From contig OZ244621.1 of NCBI GenBank assembly GCA_965218425.1, forward strand, positions 3,104,001 to 3,168,000: DNA of 64,000 nt. Reading direction: 5' to 3'. Source of the DNA: an uncultured Candidatus Binatia bacterium. Its GTDB lineage: Bacteria; Desulfobacterota; Binatia; UBA9968; CAXXLF01. How positions within the stretch are numbered: position 1 is the stretch's first letter; every line of letters starts with the position of its first letter. Under the pieces are notes generated by a model, which ran no database searches, was not told the origin of the DNA, and saw only the letters and a program-made list of their open reading frames with translations. The translations under genes were made by a program, and so were the position numbers. Positions 57,399 to 64,000 of the stretch are shown here, one piece after another.

Positions 57399-58685
57399 AT
57401 GCACTTACCTCGACTTTCAAAAATCCTGTTCATGGGTTTTGTTTTGGCCCTTGGAGTGTTCCACTTCTCGGACGTGATCTGGTCACAAAGTGGCAGTGGG
57501 TTACGTGTTAAGCAGGCGCACGGGAAGAATCGCAAGATAAACAAGCAATCCAAAAGATCGAGTAAGCCGCAGACCTCCCTGGTGCACAGGATTCGGTATG
57601 TTTCCTCCAATAGTTACACGCGGGTCATTATGGATCTGTCGTGGAGGATCAAATATGAGACCCATGTTTTGAAGGGAAATCCCGCCAAAGGCTTACCTCC
57701 AAGGATCTATGTGGATCTATCGGGCGCGCACCTAGCCTCGGACCTTAAGCGGAAAATCGTCGTCCAGGATCGGTTGTTGCAACAGGTGCGTGTGGGACAG
57801 TTTAAAAGTGACGTTGTGAGGATGGTCTTGGACATGAAGAGTTTACGGGACTATCGGGTATTTTTGCTGCCCAGTCCCTTTCGCTTGGTGATGGATGTCC
57901 ATGGAAAGGGCAATGGGACTCGCCCAAGGGTTGCGAAGAAACCCAACCGTAACCGGCTTGCGAAACAGAAAAACGGTTGGAATGGGAAAACACGCCCAGG
58001 CCGTATTCGCAAGATCGTCCTGGACCCCGGCCATGGAGGCAAAGATCCGGGGGCGGTGGGAGTCAATGGCCTTGCTGAAAAGGATATTGTTCTCGCTCTT
58101 GCAAAACGGTTGGCAAAAAAGCTCAAAAGAAAGATGAGGGTGGAAGTGGTTCTTACCCGTGAGAGGGATGTTTTCGTACCTCTTGAAGAAAGGACGGCCT
58201 TCGCCAATGCCCAGAACGCGGATCTTTTTGTTTCCCTTCACATCAATGCGAGCCGCAACCGCCGTTTGAGGGGTATTGAGAGCTACTACCTGGACAATGC
58301 CACGGACGAGGCAACGATCCGGTTGGCGGCACGCGAGAACGGGACATCCCGGCGAAACATATCAGACCTTCAGTTCATTCTGAGCGACTTGACTCAGAAC
58401 TCAAAGCTCGAGGATTCCATTGGCCTGGCTCACCACATCCAATCAACCCTCGTTTCCCATATGGGAAGAAAATATCGTCGTGTCAAAAATCTCGGAGTGA
58501 AAAAGGGCCTGTTTTATGTATTGGTGGGAGCGAGAATGCCCAGTGTGCTGCTGGAATTGTTTTTTATAACCAACAGATATGAAGGTCGTGCCCTGGCCAG
58601 GGAGCGGTTCCAGGATGACATCGTAGATGCCCTTTATCTCGGAGTCAAAAAGTATGATGCCAGCACCGTGGGTAGAAATTTGTAG
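57399..58685 (+). CDS. amiC: N-acetylmuramoyl-L-alanine amidase with AMIN domains (AmiC-like)
   Basis: N-terminal hydrophobic segment, TRVIMDL and RLVMDV AMIN motifs, LDPGHGGKDPGA, EK, SLHIN, LE. Confidence 0.9.
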   Translation: MHLPRLSKILFMGFVLALGVFHFSDVIWSQSGSGLRVKQAHGKNRKINKQSKRSSKPQTSLVHRIRYVSSNSYTRVIMDLSWRIKYETHVLKGNPAKGLPPRIYVDLSGAHLASDLKRKIVVQDRLLQQVRVGQFKSDVVRMVLDMKSLRDYRVFLLPSPFRLVMDVHGKGNGTRPRVAKKPNRNRLAKQKNGWNGKTRPGRIRKIVLDPGHGGKDPGAVGVNGLAEKDIVLALAKRLAKKLKRKMRVEVVLTRERDVFVPLEERTAFANAQNADLFVSLHINASRNRRLRGIESYYLDNATDEATIRLAARENGTSRRNISDLQFILSDLTQNSKLEDSIGLAHHIQSTLVSHMGRKYRRVKNLGVKKGLFYVLVGARMPSVLLELFFITNRYEGRALARERFQDDIVDALYLGVKKYDASTVGRNL

Positions 58686-58706
58686 GAAGGATATCCGAGT
58701 GACCTA

Positions 58707-59796
58707 TTGAGAACCGCATAATATAGTAACATTGGATAAGAACTTAATGTATAGTGGTGGTATGGGAAACCCACTTGGAGTGCGACGGGACTTTGAAGCA
58801 TTGGAGCGACGGCGGATGGAGGCGGGGAGGCTGTTGAAGCGAGGGCTGTCGGAGGCGGAGGTGGCGCGTTGGGTGGGAGTGCACCGCCAGTCGGTGAATC
58901 GATGGGCGCGGCAGTTGGCCGAGAGCGGCAGAGCCGGGCTCAAGCAGGCGGGGCGTGCCGGACGCAAGCCGCGACTGAGCCCGGCGGATCTGAAGAAGAT
59001 CGAGGGCGGTTTGAAACGGGGACCCGAAGCGCTGGGGTACGACACGAGCCTGTGGACCGCAAGGCGAGTGGCCCACTTGATTGGGGAAGCCTGCGGAGTC
59101 ACATACCATCCGGGCCATGTTTGGCGGATATTGCGGCAGTTGGGGTGGAGTTGCCAGCGGCCGACGGGACGTGCCTTGGAACGAGATGAAGAGGCGATCC
59201 GGCAGTGGAAGAAGAAGCGCTGGCCGGAGATTAAAAAAAAGCCCGAAACGAGGGGCGAACCATAGTGTTCGTGGACGAAAGCGGGCTGAGCGAGCGGCCG
59301 AATCGGTATCGTACGTGGTCGCCCCGAGGACAGACGCCAGTGCTGCAATATCACTTCAACTGGAAGAGTCTGTCGGCCATCGCCGGAGTCACCTGGTGGC
59401 GCTTGTACTTTCGAGTGTATCCGGGAGCCATCAAGAGCCCCCAGATCATCGAATTCCTGAAGCACTTGATGCGTCATGTTTCCGGGCCGCTGCTGGTAGT
59501 GTGGGACGGACTGCCCAGCCACCAGAGCCGGTTGGTTCGGGACTTTGTTGCCGCTACCGAAGGCGCGTTGGTGCTGGAACGGTTGCCGGCCTATGCACCG
59601 GAACTGAATCCCGTCGAATACCTCTGGGGATACTGGAAGCATCATGAACTGCCCAACTTCTGTGCCAAGGACTTCGCTCAACTCAGCCACCATGCTCGTC
59701 GGGCCCTTTGCCGAATGCGCCGCAGGCCTCGTCTCGTTACCGCCTTCTGGAAACAGTCCAGCCTTTTCTGATGTCATTATATTATACGAGGATCAA
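58707..59796 (+). mobile_element. Complete IS630-family insertion sequence (1090 bp)
   Basis: TA at 58705-58706 and 59797-59798; imperfect terminal inverted repeats TTGAGAACCGCATAATATAGTAACAT versus TTGATCCTCGTATAATATAATGACAT (reverse complement of the right end). Confidence 0.92.
58762..59771 (+). CDS. IS630 transposase, OrfA (HTH) + OrfB (DDE) joined by a -1 frameshift
   Basis: A8G run at 59233-59241; a -1 shift gives IKKKARNEGRTIVFVDE; WDG..H; PAYAPELNPVE. Confidence 0.9.
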
Positions 59797-59800
59797 TAGC

Positions 59801-62491
59801 ATGGACCTGATGAATTGGAAAAATCTACTGGAGCCCACGGAATCGGACCCAAGCCGAGGGGCGCGTGCCTACATTCGGAAAGGCAGGGAGATTCTTTTTG
59901 AGGCCCACCGTGCCGGCGCCGGGGGAAATGAAATTGTGTTGGCCTACACGGGAATGATGGACCACCTGATTACTTCCCTGTTCGAATCGGCCAGCAGGGA
60001 CTATGTGAGCCGTTACCCTAGCTTGAATACACGTTGTGGGGTGATTGCCCTGGGTGGATACGGCAGGGAGGAGCTCAACCCCCAGTCTGATATTGATCTT
60101 CTCTTTATCCATATTTGGAAGGTGACCCCCTTTGTGGAGGCGGTGGCGGAGAAAATCCTCTACGCCCTCTGGGATTCGGGACTCCAGGTGGGTCACGCCA
60201 TCCGAAGTATCGCTGAATCCGTGCGTCTCGGTAACAAGGATACGAAAGTCAAAACGGGCATGATTGATGCTCGTTTTTTGTCCGGTGACATACAACTCTA
60301 TAAGGATCTTAGAGGTGCCATCCAGGGTCAATTCTCCGGAATTTCGGGGGATCGATTTATCCGTAGAAAGATCGAGGAAAACCACCTCCGACATGAGCGT
60401 TATGGAGGGTCCGTCTATCTCTCGGAGCCGGATGTCAAAGAAGGAGAGGGGGGGCTGAGGGACATCCATGCCGCGCTATGGGTGTCCAAGACTCGATGGA
60501 ACATAAATCATTTGGAAGAGTTGGAATCCAGGGGAATACTGAACTCATCCGATCTCTCCCTGTTGAAGGAATCACAGGATTTTATTTGGCGCGTAAGGAA
60601 TGAGATTCACTTCTCTGCCGAAACCCACCAGGATCAACTGAACTTTGAGTTGCAGGAAAAAGTGGCGGCGAACCTGGGCTACACAGATGACGAAAACATA
60701 AAAGGGGTAGAAGCCTTTATGCGTGCCTACTACCTCCATGCCGCTCAGATCAGTCGAGTGACTAGCCTCATCCTCCACCGTGCCACTGAGGGGACCGATT
60801 CCAACCACCGGAAAAATCACGCCCCGGGCAGAGAAATTCGACCCGGGGTCCATGTCTCGAAAGGGGTCCTCACCATTACGCGCCCGGAGATGTTGGATAC
60901 CGATCCGGAGCTGATGATAACCGTGTTCGGGAACGCCCAGCGAAGTGGGGCCGAGATCAATCAGGAAACCCGGGAGTTGCTGCGAGCGCGTCTTGGCCTC
61001 ATTGATGAGAAATTCCGTCACACGGCGAAATCCAAGGCGACTTTCCTGCAAATTCTCAAAGGACCCGAACGGGTCTACGAAACTCTGGTGGAGATGCACC
61101 GTTGTGGGGTGTTGGATGAGTTTATTCCGGAGTTTGGTCGAGTGCTGTGCATGGTCCAACACGATCTTTACCATATCTATACCGTGGACCAGCACTCCCT
61201 GAAAGCGGTAAAGGAATTCGAGGCCTTGAGAGCGGGGGATTATCGGGACAACTTGCCGCTGCTGACTCAACTGGCTCGAGAGATGGACAAAGTCGAGATT
61301 CTTCTACTTAGCATCTTGTTCCATGACATCGGGAAAGGCCATGGAGGTAACCATCCCGAGATCGGAAGTCACACCGCCACGAAGATTGCACGCAGGCTTG
61401 GCCTCAATGTGGATGATCGAGTCCAGTTGTCCTTTCTGGTGCTTCAACACCTTAACCTGTCAAATATGGCGTTCCGACGCGATATTGACGACGAAGAGCA
61501 GGTCATTGATTTTGCTCAAACTATGGGGAGTCTCAGCAATCTTAAAATGCTCTACCTCCTGACCTATGCAGACATCAATGCTGTTGCCCCTGGAGTCTGG
61601 AACAATTGGAAGGCTTCGTTGCTTGAAGATCTCTTCGTCCGTTCCCTCAGAGTCCTGGAAGATCTGGAGAAGGGCGCCTTTCGCAGGGCCGATAGCCAGT
61701 CGAGAATCCGACGGATTCAAACCCGGCTTACGCAAGAGCTCGCCGGCCAATCCTCCCCGGACCGAATCCAGGCTTTTTTCGACAACATGCCAGACCGTTA
61801 TTTCCTGACCACGCCGGAATCGGAAATGCCCGTTCACTTTGAGTTAATGGAGAAATTTTCCAATCAACTGTTTCTGACCCGTGTGCGCCATTTTCCCGAG
61901 CGGGAATACTCTGAAATGGCAATCTGTGCGCAGGACCGCTCCGGGTTGTTTGCGCAAATTACCGGTATCTTCGCTTCCATGGGGCTCGACACCCTGAGTG
62001 CCAGGATCAACACGCGAAGGGACGGGATCATCCTGGATGTGTTTCGAATTTCTCACCTGGGCAGACCTGAGGTGGTCATGGAGGAAAGCAAATGGGCGAG
62101 GGTAGAAGACACCCTGAAGGGGGTTCTGACAGGCACAGTGGATATCGCACGCACGGTGGCAGAATCTGGAAGCTCCCTGCTCTTCAAAAAGAGGCCCGCG
62201 CCACGGGTTCCCACCATGATCCTGTTCGATCACAATGGTTCGGATGACTTTACGATTATTGAGGTCTACACCGAGGACCGGACTGGAGTTCTGTTTGCAA
62301 TCACCTTCGCGCTGCACCAGCTAGGCATCTGGATTCATTTAGCCAAGATATCCACCAATGTGGATCAAGTGGCCGACGTTTTTTACGTTACCGATGGGAA
62401 GCGGAAAAAAATTGAGGACAAGGAGCAGCTGGAGTCCATCCGGCAAAAGCTGATGGAAAGTCTGAGCTTGAGCAATGCCAGAGTCGCTTAG
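59801..62491 (+). CDS. glnD: [Protein-PII] uridylyltransferase
   Basis: ALGGYGR..L.P.SDIDL, KEGEGGLRD, HIYTVDQH, HDIGKG, two ACT domains. Confidence 0.96.
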   Translation: MDLMNWKNLLEPTESDPSRGARAYIRKGREILFEAHRAGAGGNEIVLAYTGMMDHLITSLFESASRDYVSRYPSLNTRCGVIALGGYGREELNPQSDIDLLFIHIWKVTPFVEAVAEKILYALWDSGLQVGHAIRSIAESVRLGNKDTKVKTGMIDARFLSGDIQLYKDLRGAIQGQFSGISGDRFIRRKIEENHLRHERYGGSVYLSEPDVKEGEGGLRDIHAALWVSKTRWNINHLEELESRGILNSSDLSLLKESQDFIWRVRNEIHFSAETHQDQLNFELQEKVAANLGYTDDENIKGVEAFMRAYYLHAAQISRVTSLILHRATEGTDSNHRKNHAPGREIRPGVHVSKGVLTITRPEMLDTDPELMITVFGNAQRSGAEINQETRELLRARLGLIDEKFRHTAKSKATFLQILKGPERVYETLVEMHRCGVLDEFIPEFGRVLCMVQHDLYHIYTVDQHSLKAVKEFEALRAGDYRDNLPLLTQLAREMDKVEILLLSILFHDIGKGHGGNHPEIGSHTATKIARRLGLNVDDRVQLSFLVLQHLNLSNMAFRRDIDDEEQVIDFAQTMGSLSNLKMLYLLTYADINAVAPGVWNNWKASLLEDLFVRSLRVLEDLEKGAFRRADSQSRIRRIQTRLTQELAGQSSPDRIQAFFDNMPDRYFLTTPESEMPVHFELMEKFSNQLFLTRVRHFPEREYSEMAICAQDRSGLFAQITGIFASMGLDTLSARINTRRDGIILDVFRISHLGRPEVVMEESKWARVEDTLKGVLTGTVDIARTVAESGSSLLFKKRPAPRVPTMILFDHNGSDDFTIIEVYTEDRTGVLFAITFALHQLGIWIHLAKISTNVDQVADVFYVTDGKRKKIEDKEQLESIRQKLMESLSLSNARVA

Positions 62492-63395
62492 TCCATCCAT
62501 TGATTCGTTTCTCAACATGCTGGCGGTGGAGAAGGGACTCGCCCGAAATACGTTGGAGGCCTATAGTCGGGATCTCAATAGGCTCGCAAGTTACTTGCAA
62601 GCCAAAGGAGTTGAGTCCTGGCCCGAGGGACACGGCGGCCACTTACGCATGTACTTTGCCTCACTTCGGGAGGCCGGACTGGGTGTCCGTTCCATCACCC
62701 GTAACCTGGTTGCCCTGCGCCAGTTTTACGGCTTTTTGGAGAAGGAACGGACCATTCAAGAAAATCCGGTTCCCCGTCTATTATTGCCATTGGAATCAAG
62801 AAGGCTCCCCACCACGTTGGCATACGACGATGTGGAAAAACTATTGAATCAGCCGAACCCATCTACATCCTTAGGGTTGAGAGATCGGGCCATGCTAGAG
62901 TTTCTTTACGCCACGGGTCTGCGAGTCTCAGAGTTGGTTTCGCTGCGCGCTGGGCAGATCAATCTCGAAGGGGACTACTTGACTGTGCGTGGAAAGGGAG
63001 GGAAAGTTCGAGTATTGCCATTTGGAAGATGGGCTGAAGAGAAACTTCGTGTCTACCTGAGGGAGGCGAGGCCAAGGTTGCTCCAGGGGCGTACCAGTAC
63101 CGTATTGTTCCTGACCCGTTCCGGCAAGGCTTTGACCCGTCAGGGCTTTTGGAAGCTGATTCGTCGCTATGCCCTGGCGGCAGGCATCGAAAGAAAAGTA
63201 ACTCCCCATACTTTGCGCCACTCTTTTGCCACTCACCTGCTAGAGAGAGGAGCCGACCTGCGCGCCGTCCAATCCATGTTGGGACATTCGGATATTAGCA
63301 CCACTCAAATCTATACCCATGTTAACCGGGCCCACTTAAAGCGGGTGCATCGACGGTTCCATCCGCGTGAGCGTAACGATGGCACCGGGGGGTGA
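62475..63395 (+). CDS. xerD: Site-specific tyrosine recombinase XerD
   Basis: YATGLRVSEL, LTRQGFWK, HTLRHSFATHLL, LGHSDISTTQIYTH. Confidence 0.93.
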   Translation: MPESLSPSIDSFLNMLAVEKGLARNTLEAYSRDLNRLASYLQAKGVESWPEGHGGHLRMYFASLREAGLGVRSITRNLVALRQFYGFLEKERTIQENPVPRLLLPLESRRLPTTLAYDDVEKLLNQPNPSTSLGLRDRAMLEFLYATGLRVSELVSLRAGQINLEGDYLTVRGKGGKVRVLPFGRWAEEKLRVYLREARPRLLQGRTSTVLFLTRSGKALTRQGFWKLIRRYALAAGIERKVTPHTLRHSFATHLLERGADLRAVQSMLGHSDISTTQIYTHVNRAHLKRVHRRFHPRERNDGTGG

Positions 63396-63460
63396 GCGGA
63401 AATACCCAATTTAACTGCTCTTTCCTTGTCTTTTGGTATCGAGTACCGTATTAATTAACG

Positions 63461-64000
63461 ATGGTTGCCGAGTATGTGCAGCAGATATCTATTTGGGCCA
63501 TACCTGTTTTAATCGCCATTGTGTTCCATGAGGTTGCCCATGGTTGGGTAGCGTTTAGGCTGGGCGATCCAACAGCAGCACGCATGGGGCGCCTCACCCT
63601 GAACCCGATTTCTCACATAGATCTCTTCGGTACCGTCATTTTCCCCCTGCTATTGATAATTGCTCGCGCCCCATTTTTGTTTGGCTACGCCAAACCGGTG
63701 CCCGTGAATTTCCTTAATCTACGCAATCCCAAAAAGGACATGGTCTGGGTTGCTTTGGCCGGTCCGGCTACCAACATCATTTTAGCGTTCGTAAGCTTTT
63801 TGTTGCTTAAGATCCTCGTCTCGTTGGAACTTCCCCGGGATGGATCCTTTGCTTCTACCGTCGTGATCCCCCTGATTTATATGCTTCGTGCCAGCGCCAG
63901 TATCAATATCGTGTTGGCTGTCTTTAACACTTTTCCCGTCCCACCCTTGGATGGGGGCAGGGTCTTGGTAGGGCTCTTGCCGGAACCCCATTCCACCACG
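63461..64000 (+). CDS. Site-2 protease (M50) family protein, 5' part (runs off the window)
   Basis: MVAEYVQQISIWAIPVLIAIVFHEVAHG..LGDPTA..RLTLNP..AGP..FN.FPVPPLDGGR; not in the ORF track because there is no stop in the window. Confidence 0.92.
   Translation, partial: MVAEYVQQISIWAIPVLIAIVFHEVAHGWVAFRLGDPTAARMGRLTLNPISHIDLFGTVIFPLLLIIARAPFLFGYAKPVPVNFLNLRNPKKDMVWVALAGPATNIILAFVSFLLLKILVSLELPRDGSFASTVVIPLIYMLRASASINIVLAVFNTFPVPPLDGGRVLVGLLPEPHSTT

Noticed and set aside
58710..58732. IS ends contain CGCATAA/CGTATAA resembling a XerC arm
   Set aside because: No XerD arm follows the 6-bp spacer; explained as IS630 terminal inverted repeats.
58704..59777. 357-aa minus-strand ORF
   Set aside because: Antisense shadow of the GC-rich IS630 transposase; no recognisable motifs.
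59708..59800. 31-aa N-terminal extension of GlnD in the ORF track
   Set aside because: It is almost entirely IS630 right-end sequence; the native start is the ATG at 59801.
62475..63395. Tyrosine recombinase as a prophage or island integrase
   Set aside because: It has XerD-specific motifs (LTRQGFWK) and a housekeeping context; no att site, tRNA or phage genes nearby.

Overview
Core chromosomal region of a Gram-negative bacterium. The gene content suggests a deltaproteobacterial-type organism, possibly Ca. Binatia-like; this is inference only. Order: lysS 3' end; lolCE-lolD; bamA-skp-lpxD-fabZ-lpxA-lpxI-(GnnA-like oxidoreductase)-lpxB-msbA-waaA-lpxK-gmhB; an LPS core cluster (two GT9, two kinases, GT2 and GT4 enzymes, split HldE); yicC-gmk-rel; rpmB; mutL-miaA; pheA-hisC-(aroF relic)-tyrA-aroA-cmk-rpsA-sppA-ihfB-HIT; an AAA+/VWA pair; htpX; merR(pseudogene)-mutS-amiC-[IS630]-glnD-xerD; and a partial site-2 protease. 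Single accessory genes sit between the core operons: an orphan UbiD, a signal-peptide DUF151 nuclease-PDZ protein beside a CPBP protease, a signal-less NMT1/SsuA-fold protein, an exported MBL hydrolase and a two-domain VOC protein. The most unusual signals are: (1) a three-copy structured REPIN/MITE-like non-coding element, two copies of which bracket mutL with both a 35-bp direct repeat and a 17-bp inverted repeat; (2) miaA has no canonical start upstream of its P-loop (probable ATC start); (3) an exported DUF151-PDZ fusion; (4) an in-frame, internally deleted aroF relic; (5) a complete IS630 inserted 2 bp before the glnD start. I saw no rRNA, tRNA or CRISPR array. All calls come from motif recognition by eye; no database searches were run.
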